A program made the position numbers and the translations under genes. 64,000 nt of DNA from contig CAZELM010000009.1 of NCBI GenBank assembly GCA_964512995.1, positions 21,510 through 85,509 of the forward strand, read 5' to 3'. The notes under the pieces are model-generated. The model saw nothing but the letters and a program-made list of their open reading frames with translations, did no database searches and had not been told where the DNA came from. The stretch is from an uncultured bacterium (GTDB lineage Bacteria; CSSED10-310). Below, piece by piece: positions 1-10,376 of the stretch. Every line of letters starts with the position of its first letter. Position 1 is the first letter of the stretch.

Positions 1-318
1 CGATTGCACGATCTGGAACGGTATTTTTCAGTCTGTCTGTTTTCATTCACGGAGAAGTTATGGAAACCGGAACCACAGGTATATCTGCTGGCTTGCAGAC
101 GTCTTGGCTTGCAGCCTGAATCTGTGGCGTTTATTGGTGATGGCGATGGTGGCGAATTGGATGGTGCATCTCAGACGGGTCTCTTTCCTATCCGTTTCGA
201 TCCGACTCAGCAATACCAGCATCTGCCTATTCCTCTGGGAATACCGGATTGCCGAACCGTCTCGGAACTCAAACAGACACTGCTTTTGTATAGCTCCATT
301 GATCATCCAGAAACCTGA
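1..318 (+). CDS. HAD-superfamily hydrolase, 3' part (5' end probably outside window)
   Basis: KPEPQVY (motif III Lys-Pro) and FIGDGDGGELDGA (motif IV GD) typical of HAD-IA hydrolases; N-terminal DxD motif not in window. Confidence 0.75.
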   Translation, partial: RLHDLERYFSVCLFSFTEKLWKPEPQVYLLACRRLGLQPESVAFIGDGDGGELDGASQTGLFPIRFDPTQQYQHLPIPLGIPDCRTVSELKQTLLLYSSIDHPET

Positions 319-458
319 TAAAGTGCTGACACTACATCGAGGATGATAACGGAAAGCAGGGATGGTGGCCTACAAAGGCAACCCCTGACAATTCAAACAG
401 ATGCTGAAAATGGCTGTTGCGATTGGTTTGCGATTTATCTTATGGGAAAGCTCTTGGC

Positions 459-3332
459 TCAGTAACTTCGCCGGATGGACCATTGATACACCCAGTCGCC
501 GGAAAAGCTCGAGAAATCCGTTCGTCGCGCCCATTCAAAATGCCATTCCACTCCGATGAACCAGAAATTGATGCCGAATCCCGCGGCTCCGTATAAATTA
601 CCTTCCAATTCCCGAGATGTATCCGGATCATCAAACTTCCATTCAGGGTCCTGACCTTTGGACCATATCGCAGCAGCGTCCATGAAGAATTTCCCCCGGA
701 AACCTGAAAATCCAGCATTCCCAGGAAACTGAATCCGATCGATCAATGGAAACCGAAGTTCCACATTAGATATGGCAAGGTATGTTCCGACCAGTGTGTT
801 GTAATCATAACCCCGGACAGTGCCGAATCCACCGGTTCCGAAGTATTCGGTTTCATTGCCTGATGAGACGATGCCCCATTCGCGAATGGCAATCAGGGAT
901 CGTTTGGAGAGGGGGAGATACAGGCGGTAATCGAAATAAGAGTTCCAATAATTCTGAAATGTATCGGTCACTTCAATGGGGATACGGGTAGAGAATCGAA
1001 ATCGGTGTCCGGAGTAGGCTTCCCATGTTGTGGTCAAGGGCCGATATATCACGCTATCTCCTTCAAAAGCTGGTTCGATATAAAGCTGCTTTTCATCATA
1101 ATCGTTGTAGTATGGGATATCACTGTCATAATTTCTTTGAAAGAACCCAATATCAAACTCCGCACGATATCGGGTTGAGAAAGGATATTCACTATGCAAT
1201 ATGCCTGAATAATAATCCCATTGTACTTTTTCATAGAGGGATCTGGATGGGTTGAAAACATAGTAATAGTCTGAGTCATTCATCAGACTCACGCCATAAT
1301 CGATCCGGTTTTTCAGATAGAGGTATGTCCCCATCAAGCCGTTCCGGTTACCTCTGCGGATACCGATGAGTGAGAACTGGTGATCACCCAGAATGTCTGA
1401 CATGAGCACGCCACCTTCCATGGAGAATTCATTGTCTGATCCATAACTGATCATTCCCAGTGCCATATCCGGTATCAGTCTGAATTTAACAGGATCATCC
1501 TTCAACTGAGCAGTGGATTCTGGCATCACACCAAGGGGAACCGCTTCCGGAAGCATATTATATTGCGTTTCTCCATCTACCCCAAGGGGTGTAGCATCTT
1601 TTGCGACCTCTGGAATGGCTACTTGGCGAGTGGCGGGGATCACGATGATTTGCTCGGAAAGATTATAGTAGTAGCTGAGGGTTATATTCTGATTATTCGG
1701 AGACCATGATGGAGTGAACATACCGGTTGATGGTGCAGCAATCCGTTGAATCTGGCCGGATGACAGCTCCATGATATACGGATCATTGATGCCATCGATT
1801 CGATCGGAAATGTAGGCAATTCGAGTGCCATCTGGAGACCAGCATGGTGTTGTTTCGTTCCCGGGACTCAGAATGACCGGCTCCATCATTCTACTTCCAG
1901 TCGATACGCGATAGAGATCAAACTGACCCTCACGTTCAGTGGAATAGATGAGCCATTGGCCATCGGGTGAGAAATAGGGGGTTTCATCGACATAGGAATC
2001 CTGTGTGATGTTTCGTGAAATGCCAGTGGTGAGATCAAGGATATAGATATCAGATTGCCCATTGAGATAAGCGGCATAGGCAATGTGGTTCGCATCGGGT
2101 GACAGGGCCGGAGATGTCGCTTGATCTTCGGGGATGGTGATGGACCGGATCAGTCCTCCAGCCGCGGGATCAATGATCTGAGCGTAGATTTTATCTTCTC
2201 GTTTGGAAAGATAAACCAGAAGATCGTCCCATGGATTACCGCTTAATGGCCGACCGTCCATGATGATCTGTCGGTACCGGTAATAATCGAGGTTTTCGGT
2301 GAGGTTGTCGATAATCCTGTTTTTCTTTTCACGATTGATTGTTCCCCTAAAAATGTGATATCCATCCGAACCGGATTCAATATAGGAGATCAATTCACCA
2401 CCCGGGCTGTATACCGGTGACAGTCTTCGATTGTAACCGGGTTGATCGGAAATCCGTTCCCCAAAGGCAGTGACTCCTTCACGGCGCCGTTCGATTTCAA
2501 TGACTCGGCGGCGTAAATCTTCTGACCATAAATCCGACAACTCGTTTAATGTCATGTTGTAGACTTCCTTGATGGCTTTTTCAAAATAATTCTGGCTTTT
2601 TAATGTTTTTCTGATTTCCCATAACAGGCGATGCAACTTGTCGATTCCATGCGTTGTACGAAGATAATCCATTGCAGATTGACCCAGTTTATACCCGAGA
2701 TACTGGGATGGCAGATAATCAAAACTCTCCATTTGTTTCAATGACGGGATTGCATTATTGATCACGGCATCCCGAAGAACCATTCTGCCGGTTGAGTCCC
2801 AGTCGGCTGCGAGATGTTCAGCCAATCCTTCCATGATCCAGGCAGGAACGGGTGCGATGCGGTTAAATCGGTTCTGAAAAAGGATTTCGAATTGAAATGT
2901 ATGCACCAGTTCATGATTGATCAGGGATTCCAGTTGTTTTTTGGGACCTTCCAACGGGATGACAATGCGGCGTTTGATCGGCTCGGAAAATCCTCCGACA
3001 CCTTCCGGGATGAATTCAGAGATGATATTGGTTTGTTTGAAATCCTGATGTGTTTTATAGAGAATCACAGGTGTTTTCCCGGTGATATCGGAACCAAGTT
3101 CTTTGGAGATTCGCGAGTAAGCGGTTTCAAAATATCGGATTACTTCCGGGACAAGATCCTTCTCTTCCGGATAATAATAAAACTGGAAGTGATCGGTTTC
3201 ATGGGTTATCCAGGAAAAGGATTGATAGGTCACTTTGTTTTTTCCGAATCCCATGGCATTTTCTGTGATGATGAATGCCATGAGACAGACCAATATCCGG
3301 AAAAGTTGTATTCGTTGAAACGTTCGATTCAT
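459..3332 (-). CDS. Exported protein: peptidase MA-like zincin domain + PD40/TolB-like beta-propeller + Omp85-type C-terminal beta-barrel
   Basis: N-terminal signal; HELVH and WIMEGLAE zincin motifs; repeated P-x-[WFY]-SPDG PD40 repeats; C-terminal VRGY motif, ELRFPL and aromatic-rich strands as in Omp85 barrels. Confidence 0.8.
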   Translation of the reverse strand: MNRTFQRIQLFRILVCLMAFIITENAMGFGKNKVTYQSFSWITHETDHFQFYYYPEEKDLVPEVIRYFETAYSRISKELGSDITGKTPVILYKTHQDFKQTNIISEFIPEGVGGFSEPIKRRIVIPLEGPKKQLESLINHELVHTFQFEILFQNRFNRIAPVPAWIMEGLAEHLAADWDSTGRMVLRDAVINNAIPSLKQMESFDYLPSQYLGYKLGQSAMDYLRTTHGIDKLHRLLWEIRKTLKSQNYFEKAIKEVYNMTLNELSDLWSEDLRRRVIEIERRREGVTAFGERISDQPGYNRRLSPVYSPGGELISYIESGSDGYHIFRGTINREKKNRIIDNLTENLDYYRYRQIIMDGRPLSGNPWDDLLVYLSKREDKIYAQIIDPAAGGLIRSITIPEDQATSPALSPDANHIAYAAYLNGQSDIYILDLTTGISRNITQDSYVDETPYFSPDGQWLIYSTEREGQFDLYRVSTGSRMMEPVILSPGNETTPCWSPDGTRIAYISDRIDGINDPYIMELSSGQIQRIAAPSTGMFTPSWSPNNQNITLSYYYNLSEQIIVIPATRQVAIPEVAKDATPLGVDGETQYNMLPEAVPLGVMPESTAQLKDDPVKFRLIPDMALGMISYGSDNEFSMEGGVLMSDILGDHQFSLIGIRRGNRNGLMGTYLYLKNRIDYGVSLMNDSDYYYVFNPSRSLYEKVQWDYYSGILHSEYPFSTRYRAEFDIGFFQRNYDSDIPYYNDYDEKQLYIEPAFEGDSVIYRPLTTTWEAYSGHRFRFSTRIPIEVTDTFQNYWNSYFDYRLYLPLSKRSLIAIREWGIVSSGNETEYFGTGGFGTVRGYDYNTLVGTYLAISNVELRFPLIDRIQFPGNAGFSGFRGKFFMDAAAIWSKGQDPEWKFDDPDTSRELEGNLYGAAGFGINFWFIGVEWHFEWARRTDFSSFSGDWVYQWSIRRSY

Positions 3333-3342
3333 TGATATGCTC

Positions 3343-4065
3343 CTATTTCAAAAGCAGATAGCGATGGGATTTCACTTCTTTTCCTTCAATGTAATCCAGA
3401 AATTCCAGCATCTTGATTTGCATGATGTCGTAGAAAACACCGACTTCATCTGATGCACTCTCCACCGAACTATTGTCGGAGTATGTTTTGTCAGAAATCA
3501 CTGTCCATGTGTTCAGATCGACCAGCAGTAAACGGCTGCTGAATTCATAAGCGATTCGGTCTTTCCAGACTTTGGCCGGTACACGGTAACCGGTGCTGGT
3601 CGTCTGCCAGACGCTGTCATATCCAGACCGATCTTGAGCGGAATAGGAGACCATGCCGATCAGGAGCAGATCGCCATCCAGGCTGTCTTTCCATTTACTC
3701 CATGGGAAGGTGCCTGCCTGATCGAGCCACAATTGAAATTCGTCTGGAGTCATTTGTGTGATGTCATCAATCCGGACAATGTGAATGTCTTTGAAGACAT
3801 CATGCTTTTCGGCTTCTTGAACAATCATCGCCTGGAGGTCGCTGCCTGCATCAAATATCTCACACCGATTTTTGATATCACCGATCAGGATTGTTTTTTC
3901 TTTCAGATCAGGAATGATCGGCGCGTGACGATAATCGATCATAATCCGGATGTGATTCCGGCATCCTACCAGAATAACACCAACAATCAATGCCATTGTG
4001 ATAAATGATATGTTTTTATTTTTCACGTTTTTTTCGATCCTTTTCTTCCGCTCGAGTGGACACAT
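3343..4065 (-). CDS. Putative lipoprotein, unknown function (start may be a few codons downstream)
   Basis: Basic N-terminus, hydrophobic stretch, LVGC lipobox; 10 nt upstream of the 957-aa gene. Confidence 0.65.
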   Translation of the reverse strand: MCPLERKKRIEKNVKNKNISFITMALIVGVILVGCRNHIRIMIDYRHAPIIPDLKEKTILIGDIKNRCEIFDAGSDLQAMIVQEAEKHDVFKDIHIVRIDDITQMTPDEFQLWLDQAGTFPWSKWKDSLDGDLLLIGMVSYSAQDRSGYDSVWQTTSTGYRVPAKVWKDRIAYEFSSRLLLVDLNTWTVISDKTYSDNSSVESASDEVGVFYDIMQIKMLEFLDYIEGKEVKSHRYLLLK

Positions 4066-4399
4066 CGACAGCTCTCTTCTGCAATGATTCGATATTTTTT
4101 TTGATTATTTTGGAATCAGGGCGAAGTTGGAGCGCTTTTTGAAGCGCATGCAGTGCTTCTTCCGGATGGTTTTCGAACTCGGCTGCAATGGCGAGGTTGT
4201 TGAGTGCCGCAACATTCTCCGGTTCAGTCTCGAGTACCATTCGCCAGCGAACGGCAGCTTCGTGCCAATATCCGTTTTCAGCGAGATGCACTCCGTATTC
4301 AATCATATCGTCAGACGTTCGCGGCTGATGGTGAGCACAACCTAGAATCCATAAAACACCTCCCACTGTCAGTAGATAAACAAAAAAGCGAACTATCAT
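4016..4399 (-). CDS. TPR-containing putative lipoprotein
   Basis: GGGAGG RBS before ATG 4399; ILGC lipobox; TPR pattern GVHLAENGYWHEA...P.N..ALNNLAIA. Confidence 0.75.
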   Translation of the reverse strand: MIVRFFVYLLTVGGVLWILGCAHHQPRTSDDMIEYGVHLAENGYWHEAAVRWRMVLETEPENVAALNNLAIAAEFENHPEEALHALQKALQLRPDSKIIKKNIESLQKRAVDVSTRAEEKDRKKREK

Positions 4400-4624
4400 G
4401 GTTTCCTCCCTGTCTGGATTGAGGTGAATGATCCACTCACAATCAAAATCCATGGGGTCGATCGGTTACGGATATCATTCAGATTGCCAGCGAATTTCGT
4501 CCCAATGCAATCCAATCGGACCGTTTCTCCTCCATTTTATGATTTTGCAATTTCTTTTCCAACATGACATACTTATTTCTGCTAATCAACATTAGCAATT
4601 TTCATCCGATGGAAAGGAGATCAC

Positions 4625-6076
4625 TTGAAAAATAAGATTTTAATTGCAGCCTCGGAACTCGCGCCTTTCGCCAGATCGGGTGGTCTTGGATCTATTTTAT
4701 CATCCCTCGCCAGTTCGCTGAAGAAACTGGATCAGGACATCGCTGTCATTCTTCCGCGTTATCGATGCACGCGACAGTTTTCTGATCAGCACCAGTTCAT
4801 ACGAACGATTCCCATACCCATTTCTGATCGATTTGAAAGTGCGGATCTTTATGAAACAAGTCATCCGGAAGGATTTACAGTATATCTCATCGATAATCAG
4901 AAATATTATGATCGAGATGAACTGTACCGGACAGAAGAAGGCGACTACTTGGATAATGCGGAACGATTTATATTCTTCTCCCGTGCTGTGGTTGAATTAT
5001 TACCGACGCTGGCCGATCCACCGCGAATTCTGCATTGCAATGACTGGCAAACAGGGCTTGTTCCAGTCTATCTCCATCATTTACGAAACAGCTCTGAATA
5101 TTATGCAACAGTCCGCACATTGTTCACGATCCATAATCTGGCTTTTCAAGGGTTGTTTTGGCGATATGATATGCACCTCACTGGGCTTCCATGGGAATAT
5201 TTCATACCGGAAAACATTGAATTTTTTGGCGATTTGAATTTATTGAAAGGGGGAATCAAATATGCAGATGCCGTGAACACAGTTTCCCCTCAATATTGCA
5301 AAGAGATTCAGACATTGGAGTATGGTTGTGGTCTGGATGGATTTCTTCGTGCAAACAACGCCAAACTATCAGGAATCTTGAATGGTGTGGATTATTCAAT
5401 ATGGAATCCTGCTACCGATAAATTCCTTCCGGCCAATTATGATGAGCATAATCTGGACGCCAAGAGAATCTGCAAGAAACATCTCCTCAATGTCGTGAAT
5501 TTAAAAGCCGATCTGGATAAACCCATTATAGGTTTGATCTCTCGATTGAACAGTCAGAAAGGAATGGATTTATTTGAGCAGGTCATTCCTGATCTGGTGC
5601 GTCGTGGTTTCTATATCATCGTTCTGGGTGTAGGGGATCGAAATTACACCGACTCACTGACGGTTATGGCAAATCAGCATCCTACGCAGATGGTTTTCAT
5701 CAATCGGTTTGACGATCAAATCGCTCATTTAATCCATGCGGGAGCTGACATGTTTTTGATGCCATCGCGATATGAACCCTGTGGTATGAATCAGGTGTTC
5801 AGTCTTCGATATGGCGATGTACCAATCGTCAGAAAAACCGGAGGATTGGAGAATACGGTCATCGATGTCAGTGAATATCCAACGACAGGCACTGGCTTCA
5901 AGTTTCAGGAATATTCCGCTCAGGAGCTATTGCGCTGCATTGATCGGGCTCTTGAGAAATATCGAATTCCCGAATGCTGGCGGAAACTTCAACAGGAAGG
6001 TATGAAACAGAATTTTTCATGGGAAGAAACTGCCAAGCAGTATATCGATCTTTATGAGCAATTGTTGACCCGATAA
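4625..6076 (+). CDS. glgA: Glycogen synthase (GT5)
   Basis: ELAPFARSGGLG (K/R-x-GGL), ILHCNDWQTG, TIHNLAFQG, PSRYEPCG. Confidence 0.95.
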   Translation: MKNKILIAASELAPFARSGGLGSILSSLASSLKKLDQDIAVILPRYRCTRQFSDQHQFIRTIPIPISDRFESADLYETSHPEGFTVYLIDNQKYYDRDELYRTEEGDYLDNAERFIFFSRAVVELLPTLADPPRILHCNDWQTGLVPVYLHHLRNSSEYYATVRTLFTIHNLAFQGLFWRYDMHLTGLPWEYFIPENIEFFGDLNLLKGGIKYADAVNTVSPQYCKEIQTLEYGCGLDGFLRANNAKLSGILNGVDYSIWNPATDKFLPANYDEHNLDAKRICKKHLLNVVNLKADLDKPIIGLISRLNSQKGMDLFEQVIPDLVRRGFYIIVLGVGDRNYTDSLTVMANQHPTQMVFINRFDDQIAHLIHAGADMFLMPSRYEPCGMNQVFSLRYGDVPIVRKTGGLENTVIDVSEYPTTGTGFKFQEYSAQELLRCIDRALEKYRIPECWRKLQQEGMKQNFSWEETAKQYIDLYEQLLTR

Positions 6077-6080
6077 TAAT

Positions 6081-7016
6081 ATGGGTGAGAAGGAAAAAAA
6101 CCGTTGGATCTGGCTTCTTAAAATCGCTTTCTTATACTGTTGCTTTCCACTGATTTTGTTTCATGGGGTGTTTGCACTCTTCCATCCTGAGCGGGTTTTT
6201 TTAACGAAGTTTTTAGCACAAATTGAAGAAAATACCGGAATTCGTATTCACTACGCGGAGATACGAACCGCCTTTCCGTTTTCTTTAATTTTTTTTAATG
6301 TCCAGGCAGATCAAATTGAGGAGCGGGTTATGGATGCATCTGGAGAAAAGTATGTCCTCCGACCCCGCCGGTATTTTTCTGCCGATGCATTATCCATTGG
6401 CCTGAGCTACAAATCACTTATGCGGATTCAGGCTGGAGTTGATATCTCTGCGGACACTTATGGTGGGAAGATAACCGGAACGATATCCACGGCTTTCAAT
6501 ACGACTCCCAATAAACCGTTCAAAATGGTGATGGCATGGGAAGAAATCGGTCTTGACAGACTCTCGGTGGATTTTCCTGATCTACCCATTAAAAAGGGAG
6601 TTTCAGCAGGAGATGCCCGATGGACCATTGATCCAGTTCGGTATTTTGGCATAACCGGCCCTGTTAAACTGGAGATCGATCATGTGGATTTTTTGCTCCC
6701 TGAAAAGGTTCGAGGGGCTTTGGATATTCCATCCATATCGAAGTTTACCGGAGATATCCAGTTGAATGGACCACTGGTGCTTGTGAATGAGATCTGGGCG
6801 TTCGGGGAAATGGGATCGGTCAGTGCGAGTGGTTCTATCGAACGGGATATTGATCCGGATAAATCCAGGTTAGATATGGAACTGCGCTTGTATCCGCATC
6901 CAGGTGGGGGTGAAATCAAGAAGAATCAATATATTCCGATTACCGTTGCAGGCACAGCCAAGAACCCTGTCATCGATTTTCTTGGATTTTCATTCGATAG
7001 AGGGTCCGTTCGCTAA
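6081..7016 (+). CDS. Type II secretion system protein N-like (GspN/AsmA-like)
   Basis: Single N-terminal TM anchor, FP motifs, beta-rich periplasmic body with YGGKITG; resembles deltaproteobacterial GspN. Confidence 0.55.
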   Translation: MGEKEKNRWIWLLKIAFLYCCFPLILFHGVFALFHPERVFLTKFLAQIEENTGIRIHYAEIRTAFPFSLIFFNVQADQIEERVMDASGEKYVLRPRRYFSADALSIGLSYKSLMRIQAGVDISADTYGGKITGTISTAFNTTPNKPFKMVMAWEEIGLDRLSVDFPDLPIKKGVSAGDARWTIDPVRYFGITGPVKLEIDHVDFLLPEKVRGALDIPSISKFTGDIQLNGPLVLVNEIWAFGEMGSVSASGSIERDIDPDKSRLDMELRLYPHPGGGEIKKNQYIPITVAGTAKNPVIDFLGFSFDRGSVR

Positions 7017-7020
7017 CCCG

Positions 7021-7971
7021 TTACCGACATTTTATAATGTGAGAAATCTGAGTGCAGACTTCCAAAGCGTTTAATCCCGCTTCACCGGAGACAGGTGGGC
7101 GGCACGACTTGCAGATGGAAGTCACAAATGATGATAATTCTGCTACCAGGGGTTCAATTTTTTCGATGTTAAAAAAGATGGGTTCAATGGCAGACATGGG
7201 ATTATCACTTGGGATTTCTCCATCTTTCCGTCGATAGCAGTTGATCGTTTGAGCCATACAATCGATAGAAAGATACCGATTTTCCTGAAAAACCCGGACT
7301 TTTCGTGTGGCTTGAATGCTGATCCGGCTGGCAGTGAGATTGGCGATGCACCCTGTGGAAAACGCGATGCGAGCATTTGCAATATCGATCCGGTTGGTGA
7401 GGACCGGCACTCCCGAAGCTCTGATTTCGGCAACGTCTGATTTCACCCAGCTCAGGATCAGATCGATATCATGAATCATCAGATCCAATACGACATCCAC
7501 ATCGGTTGCTCGTGATGAAAATGGACCAAGCCGATGAACTTCGATGAATTTAGGATCAGAGACAATCTCTGAAGCTGCCGATACGGCTGGGTTGAACCGT
7601 TCGCTCTGGCCGACCATTAAAATCACATTTTTGGCGTTAGCCAGGTTTACGAGAGTCTTTCCCTCCTCGACTGTGGATGTGATCGGTTTTTCCACAAGGA
7701 CGTGGATCCCGGCTTCCAGACATCTGGATGCAACTTTGAAATGCTCCGTTGTGGGAACGGCAACGCTCACCAGGTCAACCTTGGGAATCAAGTCCTCAAA
7801 CTGGGTGAATCCTTCGCAGTGGAACTGAGAAGTGATCCGATCCCGAGCATCTTTGTTGATATCGGCGATTCCGATCAATTCTACGTTTTCGAGTCCGTGA
7901 TAAATCCGGGCATGATGTCGGCCGAGATGACCGACACCAATGACGCCTGCTTTGAGTATTCGATTTGACAT
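7021..7971 (-). CDS. Gfo/Idh/MocA oxidoreductase, GnnA-like (UDP-GlcNAc 3-dehydrogenase candidate)
   Basis: GVIGVGHLG Rossmann motif, VLVEKP, DLMIHDID; start overlaps the lpxA stop. Confidence 0.85.
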   Translation of the reverse strand: MSNRILKAGVIGVGHLGRHHARIYHGLENVELIGIADINKDARDRITSQFHCEGFTQFEDLIPKVDLVSVAVPTTEHFKVASRCLEAGIHVLVEKPITSTVEEGKTLVNLANAKNVILMVGQSERFNPAVSAASEIVSDPKFIEVHRLGPFSSRATDVDVVLDLMIHDIDLILSWVKSDVAEIRASGVPVLTNRIDIANARIAFSTGCIANLTASRISIQATRKVRVFQENRYLSIDCMAQTINCYRRKDGEIPSDNPMSAIEPIFFNIEKIEPLVAELSSFVTSICKSCRPPVSGEAGLNALEVCTQISHIIKCR

Positions 7972-8741
7972 TATAGACAGATTCCTCGTTGGGATTTTTC
8001 GATAAAGGAGATCAACTCATCAATATCACTGCTTTGTGTCAGTTCATCTTTTATTTTTTCGAGGGCATGGCTGACATTCATCTCAGAGCTGATGAGAAAC
8101 CGGACCGCTGAATGAAGATCTCGTCGGCGTTGGAGATCAAATCCGCGGCGCTTCAGTCCAACGGTATTAATTCCGCGAAGTCTGCCACGGTCACCCGCGA
8201 CCATTCCAAATGGAATGATATCCTGGGAGACAGCAGTGAATCCTCCGACAAATGCGTAACGCCCAATATGTACAAACTGATGGATGGCACACATTCCGCC
8301 AATCGAAACAAAGTCACTGATGTGAACATGGCCGGCCATGTTCACAGCATTGGCGATAATGATGTCGTTTCCAATCTGGCAATCATGTGCAATATGAGCA
8401 TATGCCATGATCAGATTTTTGTTTCCAATACGAGTGATGCCTCCGCCATCAGCAGTTCCGCGATGCAATGTGACAAACTCCCGGATGACATTCCCATTAC
8501 CGATTTCCAGTCGCGTTGGTTCATTTTTATATTTTAAGTCTTGTGGAGGGCCTCCAAGGACCGCATGGTGCGAGATACTGTTGCCGGAACCGATGACCGT
8601 CGGGCCATCGATGACGACATGGGAGCCGATCGAGGTACCAGATCCGACCTCAACACCATCACCAATAATAGTGTAATGGCCGATATCGATATCGGGTTCC
8701 AATCGAGCGTTGGGATGAATAATGGCGGTTTGGGCAATCAT
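7971..8741 (-). CDS. lpxA: Acyl-ACP--UDP-N-acetylglucosamine O-acyltransferase
   Basis: Hexapeptide repeats, PQDLKY, REFVTLHRGT, AHIAHDC, HQFVHIG. Confidence 0.95.
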   Translation of the reverse strand: MIAQTAIIHPNARLEPDIDIGHYTIIGDGVEVGSGTSIGSHVVIDGPTVIGSGNSISHHAVLGGPPQDLKYKNEPTRLEIGNGNVIREFVTLHRGTADGGGITRIGNKNLIMAYAHIAHDCQIGNDIIIANAVNMAGHVHISDFVSIGGMCAIHQFVHIGRYAFVGGFTAVSQDIIPFGMVAGDRGRLRGINTVGLKRRGFDLQRRRDLHSAVRFLISSEMNVSHALEKIKDELTQSSDIDELISFIEKSQRGICL

Positions 8742-9799
8742 GGATTCCTCTCTTTTTCTGATTTCAATCTTTTCTCCAATTCCTGGATCCGATTTTCCAG
8801 TTCATGGATTTTTTCTTTCATTTCAATGCCTTTTGCCAGAACTCCCTGATTCCTCAACCATCGTTTGTGTAGATCTGACGGGAATCCCGAGAGCATTGTT
8901 CCGGGAGCGGCAGATTTGGTGATTCCAGATTTGGCTGTCAGGATCGCATCATCACCGATTTTGATATGGCCAGCCAATCCAGCCTGACCGCCAATCGTGA
9001 CTCGTTTTCCGATTATTGTGCTACCGGAGACGCCGGTTTGTGCCGCAATCGCTGTGTCTTCTCCAATATGCACATTATGAGCAAGATGGATCAGATTATC
9101 GAGTTTCACGCCCTTGGAAATGACCGTGGTCCCCGTGCTGCCCCGGTCTATTGTGCACCCAGCTCCGATTTCAACATCATCTTCAATCTTCACCGTGCCG
9201 ATTTGTGGCATTTTGATATATTGAGACCGATCTTTGGCAAATCCAAAACCATCGGATCCGATCACCGCTGAAGCGTGGATAATAACGCGGTCCCCAATGA
9301 AAACCTGATGATAAATGCTTACATTGGGATAAATGATGGAATTTCTGCCGATCGTCACATGTTCACCGATGACTGTGCCGGCAAAAATCGCGGTGTCTTC
9401 GCCAATAATGGAGCCATCTCCGATGACAACATGGGGAGCGATCCGGGTATGTGGACCGATACATACGTCCCTGCCCATAATAACACTTGGGTGAATGCCA
9501 GGCGCAGGAAGTTGGGGTGGATGGAGTAGTGTGAGGAGTTTGGCCAGAGCCAGATACGGGTTTTCAACAATCACAGGCTGAAACCGGACTGGGATATCCG
9601 GCATTTCAGACAGGAGAACCGCGCCGGCTTTCGTTATGGGCAGAAGGTGTTTATATTTTGGGTTAGACAGAAATGAGATGTCATTTGGTGTTGCGGTATC
9701 CAGTGAGGCAACGGATTCCACCAGAAAATCCGGTCCGGTCACAGGTAAATGACCATTGAGACTACACACAATCTCACTCAGCCGCATCAACGGACTCAT
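8738..9799 (-). CDS. lpxD: UDP-3-O-acylglucosamine N-acyltransferase
   Basis: ISFLSNPKY, IGSDGFGFA, IGAGCTIDRG, KLDNLIHLAHNV. Confidence 0.95.
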   Translation of the reverse strand: MSPLMRLSEIVCSLNGHLPVTGPDFLVESVASLDTATPNDISFLSNPKYKHLLPITKAGAVLLSEMPDIPVRFQPVIVENPYLALAKLLTLLHPPQLPAPGIHPSVIMGRDVCIGPHTRIAPHVVIGDGSIIGEDTAIFAGTVIGEHVTIGRNSIIYPNVSIYHQVFIGDRVIIHASAVIGSDGFGFAKDRSQYIKMPQIGTVKIEDDVEIGAGCTIDRGSTGTTVISKGVKLDNLIHLAHNVHIGEDTAIAAQTGVSGSTIIGKRVTIGGQAGLAGHIKIGDDAILTAKSGITKSAAPGTMLSGFPSDLHKRWLRNQGVLAKGIEMKEKIHELENRIQELEKRLKSEKERNP

Positions 9800-9822
9800 A
9801 GCTAAAGTGTCCTTTCGGGGAG

Positions 9823-10344
9823 TTATTGCTGTGCGCTATCGTAGAGCTTGATGACCTTTTCTGTAATATCCATGGATGGATCAATGTAAAGGATGGAAGG
9901 ACCGGAATTACTCAGGAGTATCGAATATGATTCTTCTTTACCCAATTTCTGGATGATTTCCATTACTTCCTTATCAATTTTTTCAAGATAGCTTTTTTCT
10001 TTAGCTGCCATATCACTATCAGCATCTTCCAGCATGCGTTTGAAATCTGTTTTTGCTTTGCGGATGTCTTCTTCTTTTTGTACGCGTGCATTTTCAGCTA
10101 ATGTTGAATACTGTTTTTTTAATTCTTCGTCAGCGTTATCGATTTCGGCTTTTTTTGCTTCTACTTTCTTTTTGTGTTCATCTTGAAGCACTTTTAGCTG
10201 AGAGTACGCCTGTTTGCCGGCTTTTGATTCCTCAATAATCCGTTGGGCATTCACAAATCCGATTTTCAAGTTATCGGCACAAAGTGCAATCGGTGTAAGA
10301 TAACATATGGCCATTAACGCAATCATGATCGCTGATTTTTTCAT
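9823..10344 (-). CDS. skp: OmpH/Skp periplasmic chaperone
   Basis: Signal peptide, KIGFVN, coiled-coil body, DITEKVI; downstream of bamA. Confidence 0.9.
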   Translation of the reverse strand: MKKSAIMIALMAICYLTPIALCADNLKIGFVNAQRIIEESKAGKQAYSQLKVLQDEHKKKVEAKKAEIDNADEELKKQYSTLAENARVQKEEDIRKAKTDFKRMLEDADSDMAAKEKSYLEKIDKEVMEIIQKLGKEESYSILLSNSGPSILYIDPSMDITEKVIKLYDSAQQ

Positions 10345-10376
10345 TGTCAGTCTCCAATAGTCAATCTTAAAAATGT

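Noticed and set aside
2814-3335. 173-aa plus-strand ORF
   Set aside because: Antisense to the 957-aa gene
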